DNA from: an uncultured virus (IMG/VR IMGVR_UViG_3300042298_004026)
Lineage: Duplodnaviria; Heunggongvirae; Uroviricota; Caudoviricetes
DNA: 64,000 nucleotides
Virus record (IMG/VR): IMGVR_UViG_3300042298_004026
Reading direction: 5' to 3' (one strand)
Under the pieces are notes generated by a model. The model ran no database searches, was not told where the DNA came from, and saw nothing but the letters and a program-made list of their open reading frames with translations. The position numbers and the translations under genes were made by a program. Shown here one piece after another: positions 36,205-47,500 of this stretch; the stretch's first letter is position 1, and each line of letters begins with the position of its first letter.

Positions 36205-37998
36205 ATGGCTGATACGTCAAGCAATGTTCAATTCAAGGTTGAAAATGGTCTCCTTGTTTTAGGTACCGCAAATGTTGCTGGACCAGCAGTGTTCAATGCC
36301 AACGTTGACATTAACGGGTCATATCTTTCTGTTACGGCAAATCTTCAAAGTAGCCTGGTTCCATTAAATAACACCTATTCACTTGGTAACGCAACATCGC
36401 GCTGGGCGTTGAGCGCAATGGGCGGTAGTTTTGTTGACAGTGTTTCAGTTACTAACACCTTATCAACAGGTAATACAACAATAACCGGTTTCGTCAACGT
36501 ATCATCCACAGCAAATATTGGTGGTGCAGCGACATTGAGAGGCACGCTAACGGTAAATGGTGCTGTAACTATTGCCAATACTCTAGCTACAGGTAATACA
36601 TCCATAACAGGTACACTGGCTGCTAATAATACAACTATAACAGGGTTTGTTAATGTATCATCAACAGCAAATATCGGTGGTGCCACGTCGTTAAGAAGTA
36701 CGTTGGTTGTAAACGGTGCTGTAACTATTGCCAATACTCTAGCTACAGGTAATACATCCATAACAGGGTTTGCAACAGTATCCACAACCCTTACTGTTAC
36801 AGGAGCGACAACACTTTCCAATACTCTTTCTGTAACAGGAAACACCACTCTTTCGAACACGCTAGCTGTTACTGGTAATACATCTCTCTCTAATAGTTTA
36901 ATCGTAACTGGTAATACGACCTTATCAAATACACTGGCTGTAACTGGTAACGTCGTTCTATCGAACACATTAGCTGTAACTGGTAATGTGACGTTTTCTA
37001 ATACGTTAGCGGTTACAGGTAATACCACTTTTTCAAACACTATTAATATTGCCGGTATCACAACCTTACGTAGCGCTGCCAATGTAGTTGGAGCAGCTGC
37101 AGCCTTCAATGCATTGACGGGTGTTGCAAACACGACGGAGTTCATCACCACAACGGCAGCACATGGCTTTAGTAATGGTGATCTGGTTCAGTACATTGTA
37201 TCGACTGGTAATACAGCTGTAACAGGTCTTGCAAATGGAACAAGTTACTACGTGGTTGAGGCGAATTCAACTGCATTCAAGTTATCCTCGTCGTATGGTG
37301 GATCAGTCATAAATCTAACCGCCAGTGTTAGTGAAGTTGGACATACTCTTACACCCCAACGAATTGTTCTATCAACGAATGGTAATATTGATAGTTCGTT
37401 AGGATTAGCTAACGTTGGCTCTTTACGTGTATTAGGGACCGCTGTTGTAAACGGTGCAGTAACGCTAGCTAGTACGTTAGGTGTTACTGGAGCAGCAACA
37501 TTTTCAAACACAATATCCGTAACAGGTAATGCGACCCTGTCAAACACGCTTGCTGTTACTGGTGCAACGACACTATCAAATACACTTGTTGTTTCGGGTA
37601 ACGCAACATTTGACACAGATTTGCTTTTCATTGATGCAGTAAACAACAGAATTGGATTCAAGAACACATCACCAAGCTCAACCGATCTAATAACTATATC
37701 AGGTAATACTGTACTTACTGGTTTAAGTGCAGCTATTCGTTTCCTATCGTCAAACGCAACACATAATGCGTCTATTACAATAGCCGGTAACACAACAAAT
37801 ACACGTACGACGTTTACTACATACGAAGCGAACGCAACAGCAAGTGATGGTGGTTTTATTTTCCAGGCAGCAAACGGAACAACAACCACATCTGTTCTAG
37901 CTTTTAATCAAACTGAGCTAAAGTATAAAACTGGTAATGTTGCACATGCAGGAAATTTTGGGATTTACGATGTAAGCGGTACGCGGCTAGGACCATGA
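36205..37998 (+). CDS. Fibre-like virion protein with 12-aa repeats and one H-G-F module
   Basis: FKVENGL N-terminus, YSLG...RW motif, NTLAVTG repeats, and an AHGFSNGDLVQY...YYVV...FKLS module. Confidence 0.7.
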   Translation: MADTSSNVQFKVENGLLVLGTANVAGPAVFNANVDINGSYLSVTANLQSSLVPLNNTYSLGNATSRWALSAMGGSFVDSVSVTNTLSTGNTTITGFVNVSSTANIGGAATLRGTLTVNGAVTIANTLATGNTSITGTLAANNTTITGFVNVSSTANIGGATSLRSTLVVNGAVTIANTLATGNTSITGFATVSTTLTVTGATTLSNTLSVTGNTTLSNTLAVTGNTSLSNSLIVTGNTTLSNTLAVTGNVVLSNTLAVTGNVTFSNTLAVTGNTTFSNTINIAGITTLRSAANVVGAAAAFNALTGVANTTEFITTTAAHGFSNGDLVQYIVSTGNTAVTGLANGTSYYVVEANSTAFKLSSSYGGSVINLTASVSEVGHTLTPQRIVLSTNGNIDSSLGLANVGSLRVLGTAVVNGAVTLASTLGVTGAATFSNTISVTGNATLSNTLAVTGATTLSNTLVVSGNATFDTDLLFIDAVNNRIGFKNTSPSSTDLITISGNTVLTGLSAAIRFLSSNATHNASITIAGNTTNTRTTFTTYEANATASDGGFIFQAANGTTTTSVLAFNQTELKYKTGNVAHAGNFGIYDVSGTRLGP

Positions 37999-37999
37999 A

Positions 38000-40900
38000 A
38001 TGGCAAGACCACTTAGAGCAAGATATGTTACAGCAAGTACAAGTGACGGTGTTCAGGAGATGTCGGATAGCGACATCAATGACCTTGTTATTCCTAGGAT
38101 AACCAACTTATTTTACGCTGCATCAAATACATCTGGCTACGGTAACAAACTCGAACTAAGAACTACACCACCAACTTGGAATTATGTTACTGGTGGGACT
38201 GTTCTTGATGTGTTTCCAACAGCTTTACCGCCCATCGGGACACATCCAGTAACTTCTTCGTCAACAACATACACGTTGTACCAAAATCTTGACACTGCAT
38301 TGACAACAAACTTTGATCTTATAACCAAACCTGTTAAAACAGAGGCAAGTGGTGGTGTTCAAAAGATTCAACAGTTTTCAAACAATGAAATCAGAGATGA
38401 TATTCATAGTAAAGTTATTGCTGAAATATCTGTTGGGGCACAAGGAGCTTACTGGCTTGGAACTTCACCACCAGGAACAGGTACGTGGATTGTTGTATCC
38501 TCAATAAACGATACTTTTGTTAACTCGACAAGCAATAGCACGCAAACAACCACATATAATTTGTATCAGCGCTCTACGAATAGTGGGTATGGTACAAAGA
38601 GGCCTTTAAAAGGTACAGCGAACGCTCTTACAGAGATGTCCGATGCTGAAATTGACACAATGACAGCGGCTATACGTGATTGTATTGCGGCTGGTATTGG
38701 TAGATATCAAATATCGACTACATCACCAACGCCTGGTACTTGGGTAGCTCGTGGTTCTTTCACAGATACACAGAATGGTATAGAGGATCAATCATATTCC
38801 GGTAGTTACTTGGGTACTTTTACAGGTGCGTTCAGTGGCATTTATAATCAAGCATTCACAGGAGCTTATCAGGGACAGTTTAATCGGGCATTTACAGGTA
38901 ACTTTATTGATACTTCTAAATTTACTGGTGCATTTGCAGGTGTGTATCAGCAAAATTTTACAGGTATCTATTCACGTATTTTTACTCGTGATACAAACAC
39001 CTCGTTTACGGGTGTTTATCAGAACACATATACAGGTAATTACACAGGTTTATTTGCGGGTGCATACTCACAGGTATTCTCCGGTGGATATTTGGGAAGT
39101 TATCAAGGCTCTACTTTTACTGGCGGCTTCAACCAGACTTTTGCTGGTACGTATGTGGGAACATTTACAGGACCATATTCAGGAAATTTCCAGGGCGTAA
39201 CATATTCAGGCGGATTCAATCAAAATTTTACTGGCGTATATGTAGGGGCGTTTTCAAGACCATATGCTGGGAACTTCCAAGGTATAACATATTCGGGTGG
39301 ATATAATCAGACTTTTGCCGGTACGTATGTGGGAACATTCACGGGACCATATTCTGGTTCTTATCAGGGTACAATATATCCTGGTGGGTATAATCAGACG
39401 TTTGCTGGAACATACAATCAAACGTTTACAGCTCAATACTCAGGGGATTTCCAGGGCGTAACATATTCAGGCGGTTACAATCAGACTTTCATAGGTGTAT
39501 ACGCAGGATCATTTTCAAGACCATATGCTGGGAATTTTCAAGGTATAACATATTCAGGTAGCTACAATCAAACCTTTGCCGGTACGTATAATCAAAGTTT
39601 TACCGGTGGATTTGTAAATAATTATGCCGGGACCTACTCACAGGCGTTCAGTGCCACGTACGCTGGTGGATATGTTGGGGACTTTTCAAGAGCATATACA
39701 GGTTCATATCAGAACACATATTCAGGGGCATATGCAAATACGTGGTCTCGAATATTTTCAAGAGCGTGGACGGGATCCTATACTGCTGCATATACGGGCG
39801 ATTATACTGGTGCATATACGAAGGCCTTTGCGCGACTTTTCACAGGAACATATACAGGCGCTTGGATTGGTAACTACACACGTGGCTTTGTAGGCCTATA
39901 TGGTTCAACATTCTCAAGAGGCTTCTCCTCCTTTTTCGTGGCCGCGTACACTTCAACGTATGCAGGAACTTATACAGGTAACTACACACGAGCTTTCACA
40001 CCATCGTTTCAAGGATCGTATGCACTTCCTTCTGTAGGCTCCTACGATGGGGATTACATAGCAGGTGGATTTACTGGGCCTTTCAACATCACGTATTATA
40101 CAGGTACATATCAGGGCACATATAACAGCTTTTTCACGGGTACGTATGAAGGTGCTTTCTCACGTATATTTGCCGGTAGTTATGCTGGTACATACCAAGA
40201 CCCCTATACAATAACATCATTTACGGGGCCATTTGCTGGTACAGGTTATTTTACAGGATCGTACGTTGGCAATTACCAAGGTAATTTTGGCGCTAGTTAT
40301 CAAACGACATTCCAGGGATTTTATTCGGGTTTATATACGCAGGCCTTTTTGAGAGCGTGGACGAACGTATTTGTATCAAGCTGGACATCACTGTATGCTG
40401 GTACATACTCAAGAGCATTTACAGGTGAATATCTCCAAAACTACATTGGATCGTATGAAGGAACATTCAGTAGAGAGTTCTCAGCCCCATATCAGGGATC
40501 ATATGAGAATAGTTGGTCAAGAATATTTACTGGTGATTGGACGGGGGGTTTTAGTACTAATTACACTGGTGGGTATGTTAATTTTTGGACAGGGTCTTAC
40601 ACGAGTACATATTCCAGGGTTTTTTCGGGAGCTTATACTGGTGTAATTACATACACGGGTGGGTTTGTTGGGTTATATGCAAATACGTGGGCAGGCAGTT
40701 ACACAGGACAATTTACTGGTGGCTATACTAGGGCGTTCACGGGTGACTATACGGCTACTTGGTCAGGATCCTATACCGGTGCGTACTCACAAAACTTTAC
40801 CGGTTCGTATACAGGGACCTTTACTGGTGGATATACGGCTACGTGGACCGGTACCTACTCAAGAGTATTCACAGGACAGTTTACAGGCGGATATACCGCG

Positions 40901-41548
40901 GTATTTACTGGTGCTTATACATCAACCTGGACAGGTTCATATGTAGGTTCATACTCACAAAACTTTTCTGGTAACTATGTAGGAACATTTACGGGTGCGT
41001 ATACATCCACTTGGACAGGTTCTTACACCGGATCGTATTCACAAAACTTTACTGGTATATACACAGGCACGTTCACAGGGGCATACACGGCTACGTGGAC
41101 GGGTGTATATTCTGGTGCGTATTCACGAAATTTTACAGGCGCATATACGGGTACATTCAGCGGCAACTACACAGCTACCTTTGCTGGGACGTACACGGGC
41201 GGTTATACACGAGCATTTTCTGGTACATACGCTGGTAACTACACGGGCGGGTTTATTGGTCAGTGGACAGGAGTATACAGCCGTATATTCACTGGTTTAT
41301 ATACCGGCGCGTTCACAGGCGTTTTTATTGGTAACTTTACAGGTAGTTATGTTGGGACATATTCACGTATATTTACGGGTGCATATACTGGTTTGTTCAC
41401 TGGCTCATATTCTGGAGCATATACGGGTGCTTTCAGTGGTAACTATGCTAATAATTTTACACGATTATTTACAGGGGCATACTCGGGTCTAACCGTCACC
41501 GGTACAACGACGACGACTACATATACATTATGGGTTAGAACAGCTTGA
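38000..41548 (+). CDS. Giant tetrapeptide-repeat protein A (1182 aa), putative virion fibre
   Basis: Three N-terminal RPL...EMSxxxI modules, about 900-aa [FYW]xGx array (38795-41491), C-terminal LWVRTA. Confidence 0.8.
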   Translation: MARPLRARYVTASTSDGVQEMSDSDINDLVIPRITNLFYAASNTSGYGNKLELRTTPPTWNYVTGGTVLDVFPTALPPIGTHPVTSSSTTYTLYQNLDTALTTNFDLITKPVKTEASGGVQKIQQFSNNEIRDDIHSKVIAEISVGAQGAYWLGTSPPGTGTWIVVSSINDTFVNSTSNSTQTTTYNLYQRSTNSGYGTKRPLKGTANALTEMSDAEIDTMTAAIRDCIAAGIGRYQISTTSPTPGTWVARGSFTDTQNGIEDQSYSGSYLGTFTGAFSGIYNQAFTGAYQGQFNRAFTGNFIDTSKFTGAFAGVYQQNFTGIYSRIFTRDTNTSFTGVYQNTYTGNYTGLFAGAYSQVFSGGYLGSYQGSTFTGGFNQTFAGTYVGTFTGPYSGNFQGVTYSGGFNQNFTGVYVGAFSRPYAGNFQGITYSGGYNQTFAGTYVGTFTGPYSGSYQGTIYPGGYNQTFAGTYNQTFTAQYSGDFQGVTYSGGYNQTFIGVYAGSFSRPYAGNFQGITYSGSYNQTFAGTYNQSFTGGFVNNYAGTYSQAFSATYAGGYVGDFSRAYTGSYQNTYSGAYANTWSRIFSRAWTGSYTAAYTGDYTGAYTKAFARLFTGTYTGAWIGNYTRGFVGLYGSTFSRGFSSFFVAAYTSTYAGTYTGNYTRAFTPSFQGSYALPSVGSYDGDYIAGGFTGPFNITYYTGTYQGTYNSFFTGTYEGAFSRIFAGSYAGTYQDPYTITSFTGPFAGTGYFTGSYVGNYQGNFGASYQTTFQGFYSGLYTQAFLRAWTNVFVSSWTSLYAGTYSRAFTGEYLQNYIGSYEGTFSREFSAPYQGSYENSWSRIFTGDWTGGFSTNYTGGYVNFWTGSYTSTYSRVFSGAYTGVITYTGGFVGLYANTWAGSYTGQFTGGYTRAFTGDYTATWSGSYTGAYSQNFTGSYTGTFTGGYTATWTGTYSRVFTGQFTGGYTAVFTGAYTSTWTGSYVGSYSQNFSGNYVGTFTGAYTSTWTGSYTGSYSQNFTGIYTGTFTGAYTATWTGVYSGAYSRNFTGAYTGTFSGNYTATFAGTYTGGYTRAFSGTYAGNYTGGFIGQWTGVYSRIFTGLYTGAFTGVFIGNFTGSYVGTYSRIFTGAYTGLFTGSYSGAYTGAFSGNYANNFTRLFTGAYSGLTVTGTTTTTTYTLWVRTA

Positions 41549-41554
41549 GAAAAA

Positions 41555-44500
41555 ATGCCACTTCGTCCGTTATACTATAATACATCGTTATCCGGATTAC
41601 AGGAGATGTCCAATACGGACATCGATGGATATATTTCAAATGTAATAGGTTCTGATTTTGCTTCGACAGAAGATATTGGATCTCTCATCGTGCAGGATCC
41701 AGGTGATCCGGTTCCTGCAAATTCTACCTCCATTGGTACATGGGTTGATACACGCTACGATCAACAAATAGGTGACCATCCTGTTTCAGAAGCGAATCTT
41801 GTTTATTCAAACACAACCATTTATCAAAGATTGGGTGGTGGACCATTAACGGACCCTTCAATGGTACGACCTATTTGCTGGAATGATACGCTTGATGGCG
41901 TACAGCAAATGGCGAATACGGATATTGACACAACCATTATTGCGAAGGCCGTTTCTTATATTGTCAATGGTGGTGTCGGTTCATATGTCCTGCAGCCGTC
42001 TGCACCAGTAACTGGTACGTGGGTTGTGAGAGGGCGATTGCAGAATACTGAACGTCCATACTTTGCCAATGAAACATTTCTCTGGCAAAAAACGTCTGAA
42101 AGTCCAAGCGGCTCTATAAAGCCTTTGAAATGGAGTACTAATGCTTTACGTGAGATGTCAAATAACGACATCAAAACCTTGACACATAGAGCAAGAAATT
42201 ACATCGCCAATACAGGTATAGGCACCTATCAATTATCCACAACCACCCCGTCATCAGGCGGAACGTGGGTTGAGGCGGGTACGGGATTCAATGATACCCG
42301 TCAAGAAATAAGACCTCAAACTTATAATGCTCAAGTGTATACAGCAACTTTTTCTGGTGTATATACACGGGCTTTTGTTGGCAAGTATCAAGGTAGTTTT
42401 ACTGGTTTGTATGGGATACCATACACACGTGAATTCACAGGTACATTCGCAGATACGTTTACCGGGGCTTTCAATCAGCAATTCACCGGAGCTTTTTCTA
42501 GCGGATATGCAACAACGTACACGGGTACGTTTAATCAGCAGTTCACTGGACAATTCACTGGCGCTTATACTGGTGGTTATACAGGAACATTTACCGGTGC
42601 TTACACGGGCGGATATACAGGTGCATTCACTGGTGTATATTCGGCGCCTTATGTGGGTAGCTTCACTGGTGTATATGTAGGGACGTTTAATCAGCAGTTT
42701 ACTGGCGCGTTCAGTGGTGTTTATCTAGGGACATATCAACAAAATTTCACTGGTGATTATGTTGGTGGCTTTACAGGTGCATTCAGCGGTGCTTATGCTC
42801 AAGCATTTACGGGTGCATATAGTTCAATCTTTACAGCAGCATATAGCGGTTCGTTTACAGGCCAGTTTTCGGGTTTATACACAGGCGCTTTCACGGGTGT
42901 ATATGTAGGAAGTTACGTGGGGAAATTCACAGGCGCATATACGGCTATCTATAGTAGATTGTTTACAGGGGACTACACAGGTATTTATACTGGTGCATAT
43001 AGTCAGAACTTCACCGGTGCCTTTACTGGTCAATTCAATCAAGTGTTTACAGGTACGTTCGCTGGTGGTTATGCAGGAACGTTTAACCAAGTATTTACGG
43101 GCACATTTGCAGGTACTTACAGTAGCCTGTTCTCTGCAATATACACAGGCAACTACACTGGTATATACAGCCAAGCGTTTACAGGTGCATTCACGGGTAT
43201 TTTTAATCAGGCTTTCACAGGTAACTTTGTTGGTAATTATGTTGGTAACTATCAGCAAACATTTACGGGAGCTTTTGCAGGAACATACAGCAGTTTATTC
43301 ACGGGAAGCTACACAGGTAACTACACAGGATTATATAACCAAGTATTTACAGGAACGTTTGCTGGAACATATAGCCAAGTATTTTCGGGTAGCTATACCG
43401 GTAATTACACGGGATTATATAACCAAGTTTTTACAGGTACTTTTGCGGGAACATATAGTAGATTATTCACAGGAAGCTATACAGGCAATTACACAGGCAT
43501 ATACAATCAAATATTCACAGGTACCTTCGCAGGCACTTACAGTAGATTATTCACGGGAAGCTATACAGGTAATTACACTGGCATATACAATCAAGTATTT
43601 ACAGGTGCGTTTGTAGGAAATTATGCCGGGTCGTTTACTGGTTCGTTTGCTGGTGGATACACAGGTGCTTTTTCCGGTTCATACACAGGCGCTTACACAG
43701 GAATTTATGCAGGTTCATATGTAGGAAATTACCAGGGAAACTTTACTGGTTCATTTGCAGGAACATATAGTAGATTATTTATAGGTTCGTATTCGGGTGG
43801 GTACACACGTGCATTCACAGGAGCTTACACAGGAATTTATTCGGGCGGGTACGTAGGCTCCTTCACGGGTTTGTACTCCGGTGGGTATGTAGGTTCTTTC
43901 ACAGGTATTTACTCAGGCGGATACACGAGAGCTTTCTCGGGATCATACACTGGATCATATACTGGAACATACGCCGGAACGTACACAGGTTTGTATTCAG
44001 GTGGGTATGTCGGATCGTTTACGGGCATATACTCAGGCGGATACACGAGGGCTTTCTCGGGATCATACACTGGATCATATACTGGAACATACGCCGGAAC
44101 GTATACAGGCATATATGCTGGTGGATATGTGGGGTATTTTACGGGCATATACTCAGGCGGATACACGAGAGCTTTCTCGGGATCATACACTGGATCATAT
44201 ACTGGAACATACGTAGGAACGTATACAGGCATATATGCTGGTGGGTATGTGGGGTATTTTACTGGAATATACTCTGGTGGGTATACAAGAGCTTTCTCAG
44301 GATCATATACTGGATCATATACTGGAACATACGCCGGAACGTATACGGGTTTGTATTCAGGTGGTTATGTCGGATACTTTACAGGCATATATTCAGGTGG
44401 TTATGTTGGATACTTTACAGGAATATATGGTGGCACGTACAGTAGGTTATTCACAGGTGCCTACGCGGGTGGATATATTGGGTACTTCACAGGAATATAT

Positions 44501-47500
44501 GGCGGTACGTATAGTAGATTATTCACAGGCGCCTACGCGGGTGGGTATGTTGGTTACTTTACAGGAATATATGGTGGTACATATAGTAGATTATTTACAG
44601 GTACATACTCTGGAAGTTATCAAGGCAATTTCACGGGGCTCTATTCAGGTACATATAGTAGATTATTTACTGGCAGCTATACAGGATTATATTCCGGAAA
44701 CTTTCAGGGTAACTTTACAGGTGCTTTTGCTGGTACGTATAGTCGATTGTTTACGGGTTTATATACAGGATCATACTCTCGTGGGTTCACGCGGGTCTTC
44801 ATCGGGACTTATCAAAGAGGGTTCATAGGGTCATATGCAGGTAGCTTCAATAATACATTCACACCAACATTTGCTGGAGCTTACGCTCGGGCCTTTATTG
44901 GAGTTTATGCAGGATCGTACCAAAACCCATTCACTGGAATATATTTCACTGGTTATTACACTGGTTTTTACATTAATTTTTTTACAGGAACTTATCAGGG
45001 AGCGTTCACGCGTTTGTTCACAGGGGCATATACAGGCGTTTATCAAGATCCTTACGTCATTTTAACTTTTACGGGGCCATTTGCTGGTCCAGGTTTTTTC
45101 GCGGGTACCTATGGGGGTTCTTATGTAGGTGTGTTTGGCGCCTCATATAGTAGGCTATTTACAGGCTTTTATTCAGGATCATATACTGGTGATTTTACGG
45201 GAGCGTTTGCTCGGGTGTTCACAGCAACATGGACAGGGTCCTATGCAGGATCTTATCAAGGCAACTTTACAGGAAGTTTTGCGGGTACGTATAGTAGATT
45301 GTTTACTGGGCAGTATTCTGGCGCTTATGCAGGATCCTATCAGGGTAACTTCACAGGTACTTTTGCTGGTACGTATAGTAGATTATTTACGGGTACGTAC
45401 TCGGGCAACTACCAAGGCAACTTCTCCGGGATATATGCAGGATCATATGCACAGACGTTTACTGGAATATACTCCGGCAATTACCAAGGCAACTTTTCCG
45501 GAACATATGCGGGTGCATATGCACAGACTTTCACAGGAATATATTCCGGCAATTATCAAGGCAACTTCTCAGGAACATATGCAGGAGCATATGCACAAAC
45601 ATTTACAGGTGCATATGCAGGGGCATATGCTCAAACATTTACAGGTACTTACGCAGGCGGATATACAGGCTATTATTCTGGCGCCTATGCTGGTACATAT
45701 TCGGGTGCATTCAATCAAACATTTACAGGTGCATATGCAGGGGCATATGCTCAAACATTTACAGGTACTTACGCAGGCGGATATACAGGCTATTATTCTG
45801 GGGCATATGCTGGAACGTATTCGGGCTCATTTAACCAGACATTTACGGGTGCATTTGCAGGGGCATATGCTCAAACATTTACAGGTACTTACGCAGGCGG
45901 ATATACAGGCTATTATTCTGGCGCTTATGCTGGTACATACTCAGGAGCATTTAACCAGACATTTACAGGTGCATTCGCCGGTGTATATCAACAAACCTTT
46001 ACGGGTACGTATTCAGGTGGATATATTGGATACTATTCTGGCGCTTATGCTGGTACATACTCAGGAGCATTTAACCAGACATTTACAGGTGCATTCGCTG
46101 GTGTATATCAACAAACATTTACCGGTTCTTACTCGGGTACATATCAGCAAACGTTTACAGGTGGGTATGCAGGGACATATTCAGGGTCTTATAATCAGAC
46201 ATTTACAGGCGCTTTTTTAGGTAGTTATGAAAGTTCTTTCACTGGATTTTATTCAGGTGCCTATAGTAGATTATTCACTGGTAGCTACACAGGTGCGTAT
46301 ACTGGAATATATGTGGGTTCCTATGTTGGTACATTTAATCAAACATTTACGGGTAGTTTTGCAGGCACATATTCAAGAGTATTTTCGGGATTATATTCCG
46401 GTGGCTACACGGGTGCATTTACTGGAATATATGCCGGTGCTTATGTTGGCAACTTCCAAGGCAATTTCACAGGTAACTACTCTGGTGGCTACACAGGTGC
46501 ATTTACTGGAATATATGCTGGTGCTTATGTTGGCAACTTCCAAGGCAACTTCACAGGAAATTATTCAGGTGGATATACAGGAACATTTTCGGGAATATAT
46601 GCTGGTAGTTATGTAGGAGGGTATCAGGGCAACTTCACAGGAAATTATTCAGGCGGATATACCGGCACATTTACTGGTGTATATGCAGGCGCTTATGTTG
46701 GAAGCTATCAAGGGAATTTCACTGGAAGTTTTATTGGTGGCTACACACGTGTGTTCTCGGGCACATATTCCGGTGTATATACGGGTGTTTACACAGGTCA
46801 ATTTACAGGGATATACTCAACGTTATTTACAGGTGCATTCAGTGGGATATACGCAGGCGGATATGGTGGGAGTTTTCTAGGAAACTTCTCAGGGCTGTAT
46901 TCGGGCGGATACACAGGAGCGTTTACAGGTATTTACACAGGTATCTACACAGGTGGGTATACTGGCACCTTTACTGGAGCATACTCAACACAGTTTACAG
47001 GTACATTTACAGGTGGATATGCAGGCACGTATGCCGGTGCCTACCAAGGCAACTTCACAGGCGTGTTCCAAGGTACGTACCAACAATCATTTACAGGTAA
47101 TTACACCGGCATATACAGCCAAGCATTTAGTGGTACATATAACCAAGCATTCACAAGAAACTTTACTTTTGATTATACCGGTACGTTTTCGGGACCATAT
47201 GTAGGATTTTTCACTGGAAGTTATTCACAAGTCTTCAGTAGATTTTTTACAGGATCATATACGGGTCAGTTCACAGGCGCTTATTCGGGCATATACAGTC
47301 AAGCCTTTACAGGTGCGTTCTCTGGCAATTATACAGGTATCTACAGTCAAGCATTCACAGGTGCTTACACGGGTATATTCAATCAAACATTCACTGGCGA
47401 TTTCGTAGGAAAATTTAATCAAACCTTCAGCGGTATTTTCATTGGTTCCTATAATCAACAATTCACTGGTGCTTTTAGTGGTGGGTATACGGCGGTGTAT

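Noticed and set aside
34771..37889. Long minus-strand ORFs (34771-35901, 36375-37151, 37248-37889)
   Set aside because: They are antisense shadows of the 12-aa repeat genes, whose codon bias avoids stops on the opposite strand. They have no independent features.
43262..46729. Possible CRISPR array or diversity-generating retroelement template/variable repeats
   Set aside because: The repeats are in-frame coding units that differ mostly at synonymous sites. There are no unique spacers, no adenine-specific variation pattern was evident, and no cas or reverse transcriptase gene is in the window.
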